A DNA stretch of 64,000 nt from Squalus acanthias (Eukaryota), in the NCBI GenBank assembly GCA_030390025.1, contig CM059432.1, positions 55,430,001-55,494,000 of the forward strand, written 5' to 3'. Of this stretch, positions 1 through 11,639 are shown piece by piece. Position numbers and translations under genes: made by a program. Under the pieces are notes generated by a model, which searched no databases, was not told the DNA's origin, and saw nothing but the letters and a program-made list of their open reading frames with translations. Positions within the stretch are counted from its first letter, which is position 1. Every line of letters begins with the position of its first letter.

Positions 1-1230
1 GCCACAATCTTCCAATCCTCCTTGGATATGAGAGAAAACTGGAGAATTGCAAATGTTACACCCTTGTTCAAAAAAGGGAGAGGGATAAACCCGGCAACTA
101 CAAGCCAGTCAGCCCAACGGTGGTGATGGGAGAACTTTTAAGAGACAATAATCCGAAACAAGCTTAATTGTCACTTGGAAAAATATGGGTTAATAGCCAG
201 TACGGATATGTTCAAGGCAAATCGTATTTGACTTACTTGATTGAGTTCTTTGATGAAGTAATGGAGAGGGTTAATGAAGGTAGTGCGGTTGATGTTGCAT
301 ATATGGACTTTAAAAAGGTGTTTGATAAAGTACCACATAATAGACTTGTTAGCAAAATTGAAGTCCATGGGATTAAAGGGCCAGTGGTAGCATAGATACG
401 ACATTGGCTAAAGGACAGAAAGCAGAATAGTGGTGAGTGGCTGTTTTTCAGACTGGAGGGAAGTATACAGTGGTGTGTGTGTCCCGTCCAGTTTCTCCCT
501 CCCACCTTGGGGGATTAGGACCACTGCTCTTTTTGATATACATTAATGGCCTGGACTTGGGTATACGGGGCATCATTTCAAAGTTTGCAGATAACTCAAA
601 TGTAGTAAACAGCGAGGAGGATAGTGCCAGACTTCAGGAGAACATAGACAAACTAGTGAAATGGGCAGACACCTGGCAGATGAAATTTAATGCTGTGAAG
701 TGATGCATTTTGGTAGGAAGAAAGAGACCATATAAACTAAATTATACAATTTTAAAGGGGGTGCAGGTACAGAGAGACCTGGGGGGTGTACGTGTACAAA
801 CCTTTGAAGGCTGTTTTTAAAAAAAACATGGAATCCTTGGCTTTATACACAGAGGCATAGAGTACAAAAGCAAGGAAGTTGTGCTAAACATTTGTAAATC
901 ACAGGTTAGGTCCCAGCTGGAGTATTGTGCCCAAGTCTGGGCACCACACTTTAGGAAGGAATCAAGGCCTTCGAGAGGGTGCAGAGGAGATTTACTAGAA
1001 TGGTATCAGGGATGGCAGTTATTATCTGGAATGCACTGCCTGAAACCCAGGGTGGTGGAAGCAGATTCAATAATAACTTTGAAAAGGAAATTGGATACTT
1101 GAGGGGGCAAAATTTGTAGGGCTATGGGGAAAAGGCAGAGGAGTGGGACTAATTGGATAGCTCTTTCAAAGATCTGGCACAGGGATGTTGGGCTGAATGG
1201 TCTCCTGTGCTGTAGCATTCTATGATTCTA
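1..1230 (+). mobile_element. CR1 LINE, degraded ORF2 RT region plus 3' end
   Basis: Frameshifted peptides YMDFKKVFDKVPH, LGPLLFLIYIN, SKFAD, LEYCAQVWAPH; ends in ATTCTATGATTCTA tail. Confidence 0.9.
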
Positions 1231-1499
1231 ATTAAATTTTGAAATTGAAGATTTTTCAGGCTGTTCTTTACTCAGTGATCCTATTTCTAATGATGAGAGA
1301 GTTCAGCTTTAACATCCTATGTTGAATATCTGATTAAGGAGTTTGTGATAGGTTCATAGTGAAATAGAAGATTTTAATTGTGTTTTTAGTTTGTTACAGG
1401 TGAATAGCATCAATGAAAATTGTATTTTAAGGAATTGTATTTTGGTAAGTTTTTGTACATATAGTATTACTATGAGCATATGATTTTGTTACTCAGGTG

Positions 1500-1797
1500 T
1501 GTTATGGGACTGCTCTGAACAGGCGCAGCAGTGAAGGTACTGCTGGACTGGGTGGTAGAAAAAAGGGTTCTTTATGCAGTAATCCTTGCTGGTGACTTTG
1601 CGTCTATGGACATCAGGTGAAGACTGGATTGAAGTGCACTCTGATCCATTTAACTGGTAAATTGTCTTCCATTACACACTGAGTCCACGCAATAAGAATG
1701 GCCACTTGGCTAAGGTACTAGAGGATATCTGCCACCATGAATCCATATCTTTCAAGGCCTTCAGGAGCAATAGAATGAAGAGAGAAAATTGGGAAGG
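1500..1797 (+). mobile_element. Ancient SINE remnant (AmnSINE2-like 3' part)
   Basis: aagaatggccacttggctaaggtac...gccttcaggag...gagaaaattgg resembles the recalled AmnSINE2-type tail and the copy at 61660-63722. Confidence 0.3.
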
Positions 1798-2321
1798 ATC
1801 AAAATAAGTTTGTTAGTTAAAAGCAGACTAAACTGAATCGTGTGTTTGGTACAGGAGAAGGCTATTCAACCCATCATGCTTGTGCTAGCCCTCTCTAGAG
1901 CTATTGATTCCTATTTCCCTGCTCTCTTCCTGTGCTGTTTAATATTTATTTGTGACTATTTCCCTCTTAAATGTTGTGATTGACAACTTCAGTAGTCAGT
2001 TGTGGTAATACATTCAATATCCCAAACCATGCATCAAAAATGAGAGAAATGAATTGTGGAATTTTGCAGCATACCAAATTACTTACTGTTGCAATAGTGT
2101 GTGAGGAACATAGTGATGTTGGGGCTAATAATGTGACTGTTACAGCCTAAATATTGATTCTGCTTGATGATGCAAATGGTGTATTCTTTATGGACCCTCT
2201 CTTAGTTGAGATTTTGATGAAATGCAATTTGCACCTATGGACCAAATGATCTGTGCGCCAAAGTACTGTGACAAAGGAACCAAATTTTAGACAAACTGCT
2301 TAATTTCTGTAAACCGATCTA

Positions 2322-2838
2322 ATTTCTCAAAGGATATACTTGCCTTAGAGGGGGTGCAACAAAGGTTCACTAGATTGATTCCTGGGCTGAGAGGGTTGTC
2401 CTATGAGGAGAGACTGTGTAGAATGAGTCTATATTCTCTAGCGTTTAGAAGAATGAGAGGTGATCTCATTGAAACGTATAAAATTCTTAGAGGGCTTGAC
2501 AGGGTAGATGCCGAGAGGCTGTTTCCCCTGGCTGGAGTCTAGAACTGGGGGCATAGTCTCAGGATAAGGGGTCGGCCATTTAAGACTGAGATGAGGAGAA
2601 ATTTCTTCAGAGGATTGTGAATCTTTGGAATTCCATACCCCAGAGGGCTGTGGATGCTCAATCAATGAGTACATTCAAGACTGAGATCAATAGACTTTTG
2701 GGCACTAAGGGAGTCGAGGGATATGGGGATAGGGTGGGAAGCTGGAGTTGATGTAGAAGATCAGCCATGATCTTATTGAATGGCGGAGCAGGCTCGAGGG
2801 GCTGTATGGCCTACTCCTGCTCCTAGTTCTTATGTTCA
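2322..2838 (+). mobile_element. CR1 3' fragment
   Basis: QRFTRLIPGLRGLSYEERL...RGDLIETYKIL; TTCTTATGTTC tail. Confidence 0.9.
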
Positions 2839-3270
2839 AGCTTATCATCTTTATTTCTACATTTAACCCATACCCCTGGAACCTGGCTTCAAATCCACTT
2901 TAGAGTGATAGGATAAAAATGAAACCTCTCTGCTAGTTGTATGGATCCTACCTGAGTTTAGGCCATCTTAACACAGTTCACTGTGAGTTAATGCCCACAG
3001 TACAACCATCTTCCAATTTGGTACTAATTGAGGTTAAATTGGCTGTACTGTATTTGACCCGGGAATGACCATCCGAACCAATGTCTGGTGCAGCATGAAG
3101 ATCTTCCATTCCCTGACATGGACAGCCCTCATCTAAACAAACATCAAAATTAACATTGTTGGAAAAAGATACTATTCATCTGTATTTTATTCACAGTTAG
3201 GTAAAAGCATATTTGTTGTATTTTTCCAGAAATAGCCACTAACTAATACAAGCAATAAAGAGCAATTCTT

Positions 3271-3720
3271 GTCAGCCATGGCTCAGTGGGTAGCACTCTC
3301 GCCTCCGAGTCAGAAGGTTGTGGGTTCAAGTCCCACTCCAGAGACTTGAGCACAAAAATCTAGACTGACACTCCCAGTGCAGTACTGAGGGAGTGCTGTA
3401 CTGTCGGAGGTGCCGTCTTTCAGATGAAACTTTTAAACCGGGGCCTCGTCTGCCTCCTCAGGTGGACGTAAATGATCCCATGGCACTATTAAGAAGAGCG
3501 GGGTAGCCTGGCTAATATTTATCCCTCAATCAACATCACTCAAACAGATTATCTGGTCATTATCACATTGCTGTTTGTGAGAGTTTGCTGTGTGCAAATT
3601 GGCTGCTGCGTTTCCTACATTACAACAGTGAATACATTTCAAAAGTACCTCATTGGCTGTAAAGCGCTTTGGGACATCTGGTGGTCATGAAAGGTGCTAT
3701 ATAAATGCAAGTCTTTCTTT
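3271..3720 (+). mobile_element. DeuSINE (SacSINE1-like): tRNA-derived head, Deu domain, L2-type tail
   Basis: A box TGGCTCAGTGG, B box GGTTCAAGTCC, Deu-like ggaggtgccgtctttc...gatcccatggcact, tail aaaggtgctatataaatgcaagt(ctt)n. Confidence 0.85.
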
Positions 3721-4132
3721 CACCTTTTGCAGCTGGTTATTACAATATTTGCTATTTATAAATATTCAATTTGGTATTGACAATTAATTTGACTAAATTT
3801 TCTTTAAATTAACATTTATATTGGAGAAATCGCATTTATTTTGATTAAACTGCACACACCCCAAAGTAAAGTTCTGTTCCACAAATAGCATAAACTACAA
3901 AACATGGCAAAGGTAAAACAAAATGCTAATTTAATGGGTCCTTTATTAATAGGCATATATACCTTCTACAATCTGGAATTCAGGCTGTGGTAATGTTTAT
4001 ACTGAACAGTTATTTCTCTCGTATTAAAAAAAAACTAAATGAACTAAATGTAGAGTTTTGTCTCATTTATGGATTCCTTAATGAACATGTATCCTAGGAA
4101 CTGCTTCTGGAGATTATATTTATGCCTCTGCA

Positions 4133-4978
4133 CAACAACAACTTGCATGTATATACTGCCTTTACCATAGTAAAATGTCCCAGGAGCATTATCAAACAAA
4201 ATTTGATACCAAACCACATGAGGAGATATTAGGACAGATAACCAAAACCTTGGCCAAAGAGAGAGATTTTAAGGAGCGTCTTAAAGGAGCGAGAGGTAGA
4301 GGCGGAGAGGTTTCGGGAGGGAATTCCAGAGTTCAGGGCCTTTGCAGATGATGGCACGGCCGTCAATGGAGCGATTAAAATAGGGGATGCGTAAGAGGCA
4401 AGAATTGGAGGAGTGCAGAGATCTTGGAGGGTTGTAGGGCTGGAAGAGGTTGTGGAGGGATTTCAAAACAAGGATGCGAATTTTACAATGAAGGCATTGC
4501 TGGAATGGGAGCCAATGTAGGTCAGTGAGCACAGGGGTGATGGGTGAACGGGACTTGCTGCGAGTTAGGATATGGGCAGCAGAGTTTTGGATGAGCTAAA
4601 GTTTATGGAAGGTGGAAGATGGGAAGCCGGCCATGAGAGCATTGGAAATAGTCAAGTCTGGCATGGATGAGGGTTTCAGCAACAGGTGAACTGAGGCAGG
4701 GGCGGAGTCAGGCGATGTTACGGAGGTGGAAAGAAGTAGGTGGTCTTGGTGATGAAGTGGAAATGTGGTTGGAAGCTCATCTCGGGGTCAAATACAACAC
4801 CAAGGTTGCGAACAGTCTGGTTCAGCCTCAGACAGTTGCCAGGGAGAGGGATGGAGTTGGTGACTTGGGAACAGAGTTTGTGGCGAGGACCAAAGACAAT
4901 GGCTTTGGTCTTCCCAATATTTAGTTGGGGGAAATTTCTGCTCATCCAATACTGGATGTCGGACAAGCAGTCTGATGG
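4133..4978 (-). mobile_element. L2 LINE 3' fragment
   Basis: Peptides LQLNIGKTKAIVFGP, VRNLGVVFDPEMSF, LHWLP, LWNSLP; (GTT)n tail at 4133. Confidence 0.9.
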
Positions 4979-6471
4979 TGGTAACCATTGATGCTACTGC
5001 CAACCAAATTTGGTACTATTAATTGTTCGTCAACCTTTATGCCCTGTTACAAAATTTGCAACATTGCTAGTTATTCTCTTGGGTTAGTGTCACTAGTCAC
5101 TCTCACAAGTGCACCCATATCCTTCAGAATCAGGAGTTTACTTTGCCTCTCCAGTAACTGGACATATGATATCATGACCCTGCCCTGGTGCTGTGCTGAA
5201 TACTTTTCTTTCTAGCCAGCCTTTCCCCTGGTGGAGTCGCCTGTCAACTAACTTCCCTGCTGTGTATATATGAATTAAGTCCCTCCCAACATCTTGTGTT
5301 TCTATTGGCAATGTCTGAAACGTGATAGCAAATTATGTTGCTACAAGTTTAGGGTCTTCGATAGTCCTCCAGGCACAGCCATAAGTGTGTCTGACATTTA
5401 GGGATGTGCCTGCACCGAACATATCTAACTATATGATGGTGATGCCCAATAGTATCCCTTTGAAATCTTAACTAGATATCTGTCTTTCACATGTGCTCCT
5501 CCACAATCTTTTTGAAAGCTGACACAGCGAAAGCACTTTGTAGGACAAGGTCAGATTCTGAACACATAACAGCCGTTCTCATCGGAGTCACTTAGTTCAA
5601 TCATTACAACTTATCTGTATTATAATACAAAATAATGAAGGTGCATGCTTACCCACATTAGTGTGTCGTCTTGCTTGACTTAAACAAAATAACTGTTCTC
5701 TTGAATTCTAATCTCCTGAGTCTGGCAAATGCTTGCCTTTGCAGCTTTAAAAACCCTGACAGGCCGCATCTGTTTTTTGTATCTTCGTGTTTTCACAACT
5801 CAAAGGTCAGGCCTATCCTAGTCAACTGTTGCCGAGCAATCAAGTTCTGGAACCTCCCAACACAATAGGTATTTATTGATTACCAACATAGGTTAACAGA
5901 TTGCTTATTGTTTACGGTCTGCCCAGAGCGGACTTGAACAGAGTGCTTTTTTGTGGAATTTGGAAAGAGTGGAAATTTCTGGTATGTATTGGTTAAGTAG
6001 AAGCTGTAAAAAGTGAAATTTAGTTTAAGATTTTGATTTTAACCTAGAACTTTAAAAATTGTAGTTAACAGAAGCTGACTGCCAGGGGCAGTTAAATGTC
6101 AGTCAGCTGTAAGTGTTTGTCTTGAATAGGCGCTAATCACCAGGAGCAGGGGAGCTGAGTCATCACTTGTAAATTGGTGAGGCTCCTAGTGTATAAAAGT
6201 AAACATTTCTGCAGAGCACAGAGCGGGATTATGGAGTGGACTTGAACAGTGTTTAATTTGGGAATTTTGAAAAAGTGGGAATTCGGAGAAGAGGGGGAAG
6301 GAGTTGCTGCTTTTTGCCTACACTACTTGTAGTGCTTTGTGTTATAGAGTCATAACGGCACAGAAGGGGGCCATTTGGCCCATCGAGTCCATGCCAGTTC
6401 TCTGTAGAGTAATCCAGTCCCATTCCCCCGCTCTATCCCCGTAGCTCTGCAAGTTTATTTCCCTCAAGTGC

Positions 6472-9293
6472 CTATCCAGTCTCCCCTTGAAATACATTGA
6501 GTGTGTCCGCTTCCACCACTTCCGTTGGCAGTGAGTTCCAGGTCCTCACCACTCGCTGTGTAAAACATTTTTTCCTCGCATCCCCACTGTATCTCTTGCC
6601 GAAAACCTTCAATCTGTGTCCCCTAGTCCTTGTACCATCAACTAGTGGGAACAGCCTTTCCCCGTCTAGCCTATCCAAACCCGTCATAATCTTGTGTACC
6701 TCTATCAAATCACCCCTCAACCTCCTTTGCTCTAATGAAAACAAATCCAGCTTCTCCAACCTGTCCTTGTAGCTAAGATCCCCCCATCCCCAGAACCATT
6801 CTGGTAAATCTGCTCTGCACCCTCTCAAGGGCCTTCACATCCTTCCTAAAGTGTGGTGACCAGAACGGGACGCAATACGCCAGTTGTGGCCTAACCAGCG
6901 CTTTATAAAGGTTCAGCATAACTTCTCTACTTTTGTACTCAATACCTCTATTTATGAAACCCAAGATCCCATATGCTTTGCTAACCATTCTCTCAATATG
7001 TCCTGCCACCTTCAGGGACCTATGCACATTAACTCCCAGGTCCCTCTGTCCCTGCACACTCTTTAAAACTGTGCCATTAAGTTTATATTGCCTCTCCCTT
7101 TTCCTTCTGCCAAAATGCATCACCTCACACTTCTCTCTATTAAATTTCATCTGCCACTTGTCTGCCCATTCTGCTAGCCTTTCTATGTCCTGTTGCAGTC
7201 GATTGGTATCATCACTGTTTGCCACACCCCCAAGTTTGGTGTCATCGGCAAATTTAGAAATTCGACTTTGTATTCCAATATCTAGGTCATTTATATATAT
7301 CAAAAAAAGCAGTGGCCCTAGCACTGACCCTTGGGAAACACCACTGTCTACCATCCTCCAGTCTGAAAAACAGCCATTTACCACAACTCGCTGTTTTCTA
7401 TCCTTAAACCAATTCCTTATCCAAGCTGCCACTGACCCACCTATTCCATGAGCCTCAATATTGTTAACCAGCCTTCTATGTGGTACTTTGTCAATCGCCT
7501 TCCTAAAATCCATGTAGACAACATCCATTGCATTCCTTTCATTGATCCTCCCTGTTACTTCATCAAAAAATTGCATTAGATTAGTCAAACATGTTCTGCC
7601 TTTTACAAATCCATGTTAGCTCTCCTTAATTAGCTTAAACCTCTCCAAGTGCCCATTAATTTTTTCCTTGATTATTGTTTCTAAAACTTTACCCACCACT
7701 GATGTTAAACTGACCGGCCTGTAGTTACTAGGATTGTCCTTACACCCTTTCTTGAACAATTGTGTCACATTTGCCACTTTCCAATCCTCAGGCACCTCCC
7801 CCGCATCTAGGGAAGATTGGAAAATTATGGCAAGCGCTTCCGCTATCTCCTCCCCCAATTCCCTTAGCAATCTGGAATGCAAGCCATCTGGACCAGGCGA
7901 CTAATCCACTCTAAGCATACCCAGCCTTTCTAGTACATCCTGTCTATTAATTTTCCCCCCTTCCATTGCTTCTAACTTTTCCACTGCTACCGATATTTTG
8001 TCAGCATCCACCTCCTTAGTAAACACCGATACAAAGTACTCATTGAGTATTCTAGCCTTACCCTGCGCCTCTAAGCATATAACACCTTCTTTGTCGCTAA
8101 TAGGCCCCACCCCGCCTCTTACTACCTGCTTACATGCCGGTAGAAGTTTTTTGGGTTCCCTTTTATGTTAACCACCATTCTGCTCTCATATTCTCTCTTT
8201 GCCAATTTTATTTTCATCTTTACTTCCCCTCTCAACTTATTGTATTTGGTCTGGTTCTCCCTTGAAGAATTCACCTGACATGCATCATACACCCTCTTTT
8301 TTTGTTTCATCATCTTCTCTATCTCCCTCGTCATCCAAAGAGCCCTTGCTTTGGTTCCCTTACCCTTCCCTCTTGTTGGAACGTACCTAGCCTGTACTTG
8401 CAACATCTCCTCCTTAAAGATCACCCATTGTTCCATTACAGTTTTTCCTGTCAGTCTGTGGTTCCATTTTACCCTGGCTAGATCCTTTCACATTCCATTG
8501 AAGTTAGCACTATTCCAGTTTAGAAGTTCCACTCTAGATTGTTCCTTGGTCCTCTCCATTGCTAATCTAAATCTTATGATACGATGATCACTCATACCCA
8601 AGTGTTCTCCCATAGACACTTGGTCGACCTGGCCCACCTCATTCCCCAGCACCAGATCCAGCAATGCCTCCTTCCTAGTTGGGCCAAGAACATATTGGTC
8701 AAGGAAATTCTCCTGAACACATTTCAGAAATTCCTCCCCCTCCTTTCCCTTTACCCTAGCATTATCCCAATCTATATTTGGGTAATTAAAGTCCCCCAAT
8801 ACCACCACTCTATAGCTCTTGCATATCTCTGCGATTTCCCTGCAGATTTGCTCCTCTACCTCCCTCTCACTATTTGGAGGCCTATAGAATACCCCCAATA
8901 GCGTGATCATACTGTTTTTGCACCTCAACTCTAACCAAATGGATTCTGTCCTTGTCCCCTCAAGAACATCCTCCCTTTCCAACACTACAATGTCTTCCTT
9001 AATCAGCACTGCCACCCCACCTCCCTTTTCTCCTTCCCTATCTTTTCTGAACACCTTGTACCCTTGAATATTAAGTGCCCAATCCTCACCATTTTTAAGC
9101 CACATTTCCGTTATTGCCACACAGCTAATTGTGCTTGTAGCTCACCAACCTTATTCACCACACTTTGTGCGTTTACATACAAGCATTCTAAACCCATTTT
9201 TGAATTTTTCGTAGTCTTTCTTAGTCTGCTCCTATCTAATATAGTACTACTACCGCCTCTAGTACTACTTTCTTCTCTAGTACTCCAACACAC
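6472..9293 (-). pseudogene. CR1 ORF2 (APE endonuclease plus reverse transcriptase), several frameshifts and stops
   Basis: CLYVNAQS, AITEMW, YRPP, GDFN, SDH, NYRPVSLTS, QGSVLGP, FADDTK. Confidence 0.9.
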
Positions 9294-9359
9294 TCACTCT
9301 TTTATGCACCTTGTTCCTCTTTTCTACTCCTGTATGCTGGTGCCCATCCCCCTGCCAAG

Positions 9360-10271
9360 CTAGTTTAAACACAGCACTAGCAAACCTCCCCATGAGAATA
9401 TTGGTCCCTGGCTGTATTGAGGTGTAACCTGTCTGGCTTGTACAAGTCCCACCTTCCCCAGAAACGGTCCCAATGCCTCAGGAATCTAAAGCCCTCCCTC
9501 CTGCACCATCTCTCCTGCCATGCATTCATCTGTTCTATCCTCCTATTCCTGTACTCACTTGCACGTGGCACCGGGAATAATCCGGAGATTACTACCTTTT
9601 GAGGTCCTGCTTTTTAATCTCTCTCCTTGCTCCCTAAACTCTGCCTGCAGGATCTCATCCTTCTTTCTGCCTATGTCGTTGGTACCGATATGGACAATGA
9701 CCTCTGGCTGTTCACCCTCCCCCCTCAGAGAGTCCTGCAACCGCTCAGTGACATTCTTGACCCTGGCACCAGGGAGGCAACATACCATCCTGGAGTCACG
9801 TCCGCGGCCGCAGAAAAGCCTGTCTGTCCCCCTAACTATCGAATCCCCTACCACTATTGCTCTTCCACCCATGGTGCCATGGACTTGTCTCTGGCTGCAC
9901 TCCCCAGAGGAACCATCGCCCCCACCAGAACTCCGAACAGAATACTGGTTGGAGAGCGAGATGCACTCTGGGGACTCCTGCACTACCTGCCTGGTCCTCC
10001 TCTTCTGTCTGGCGGTCACCCATTCCCTCTCTGCCTGCACACTCTTAAGCTGCGGGGTGACCACTTCCAGAAATGTGCTATCCACATAACTCTCAGCCTC
10101 GTGGATGCACCGCAGTGACTCCAGATGCTGCTCAAGCTCTGAAACGTGGATGTCGAGCTGCCGTAGCTGGTGACACTTCCTGCACATGTGGTTGTCCAGG
10201 CTACGCGAAGCGTCCAGGACTTTCCACATGGCACAGGATGTGCACTCCACGGGACTGAGCTGCCCTGCCAT
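9360..10271 (-). pseudogene. CR1 ORF1 (CxxC zinc finger, coiled coil, SGNH/GDSL esterase-like), frameshifted
   Basis: MAGQLSPVECTSC...CRKC; VVGDSIVRG; VHIGTNDIG; DRLHLN. Confidence 0.85.
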
Positions 10272-10504
10272 GCCTCTATTTAATAGACTAAAAACTAACG
10301 AAGCAGAAATAAACTTAAAACTTAAAAAAAACTCACCAGCTACTCACCAATCAGCTTGTGCCGACGTCATTTTTTCTACTCTGACGTCACTCTTTCGGAT
10401 TCTGCCTCTGTGGACAAAGGCAAAGGCTGAGGCACTGTTATAGGTAGATATTTAATTTCGGTACCCTTAACTTAAACTAGATCATGTAAGTAGTCAAGAA
10501 AGAT

Positions 10505-11636
10505 AAGAGCGCACAGTGTTAGGGGTAATATATTGACATGGATAGGGGATTGGCTCACTAACAGAAAACAGAGAGTCGGGATGAATGGGTCATTTTCCGG
10601 TTGGCAATCAGTAACTAGTGGGGTGCCACAGGGATCAGTGCTGGGGCCTCAACTATTTACAATCTATGTTAATGACTTGGATGAAGGGACTGAGTGTACT
10701 GTAGCCAAATTTGTTGATGATACAAAGATAGGTGGGTTAGCAAGTTGTGAGGAGGACACAAAGCGTCTGCAAAGGGATATTGATAGGGTAAGTGAGTGGG
10801 CAAAAATTTGGCAGATGGAGTATAATGTGGGAAAATGTGAGGTTATCCACTTTGGAAGGAAGAATGAAAAAGCAAATTATTATTTAAATGGAGTGATACT
10901 ACAAAATGCTGCGGTACAAATGGATCTCGGGGTCCTAGTACATGAAACACAAAAAGTTAGCATGCAGGTACAACAAGTAATTAGGAAGGCTAATGGAATG
11001 TTGGCCTTTATTGCAAGGGGTATGGAGTATAAAAGTAGGGAAGTTTTGATGCAACTTTACAGAGCACTGGTGAGACCGCACCTGGAGTACGGCGTACAGT
11101 TTTGGTCTCCATATTTAAGGAAGGATATACTTGCATTGGAGGCAGTTCAGAGAAGGTTCACTAGGTTGATTCCTGGGATGAAGGGGTTGACTTATGACAA
11201 AATGTTGAGCAGGTTGGACCTATACTCATTGGAGTTTAGAAGAATGAGAGGTGATCTTATTGAAACATATAAGATTCTGTGGGGGATTGACAGGGTGGAT
11301 GCTGAGAGGATGATTCCCCTTGTGGGGGTATCTAGAACTAGGGAGCATAGTTTCAGAATAAGGGGTCACCCATTTAAGACAGAGATGAGGAGGAATTTCT
11401 TCTCTCTGAGGATCGTTAATCTTTGGAATTCTCTACCCCAGAGAACTGTGGAGGCGGAGTCATTGAATATATTCAAGGCGGAGATAGACAGACATTTGAA
11501 CTACAAGGGAGTCAAGGGGTATGGGGAGAGAGCGGGAAAGTGGTGTTGAGGTCAAGATTGGATCAGCCATGATCTTATTGAATACGGAGCAGGCTCTAGG
11601 GGCTGATTGGCCTACTCCTGCTTCTTATGTTCTTAT
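10505..11636 (+). mobile_element. 5'-truncated CR1 with open RT C-half (ORF 10533-11549)
   Basis: [50 protein letters not shown] tail. Confidence 0.92.
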
Positions 11637-11639
11637 GAA

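Larger units (their letters stand above)
6343..10410 (-). mobile_element. Near-full-length CR1 LINE (5' UTR, ORF1, ORF2, 3' UTR), frameshifted
   Basis: Colinear ORF1 (zinc-finger/coiled coil plus SGNH esterase), APE and RT fragments, ending in the CR1 3' hairpin region. Confidence 0.93.

Noticed and set aside
3271..3345. tRNA gene-like sequence (also at 43106 and 35985)
   Set aside because: The A/B boxes continue directly into SINE body, so these are SINE heads rather than tRNA genes.
10533..11549. Intact 338-aa RT ORF as a domesticated gene
   Set aside because: It is the ordinary 3' part of a young 5'-truncated CR1, with an altered FVDD motif and a normal CR1 tail.
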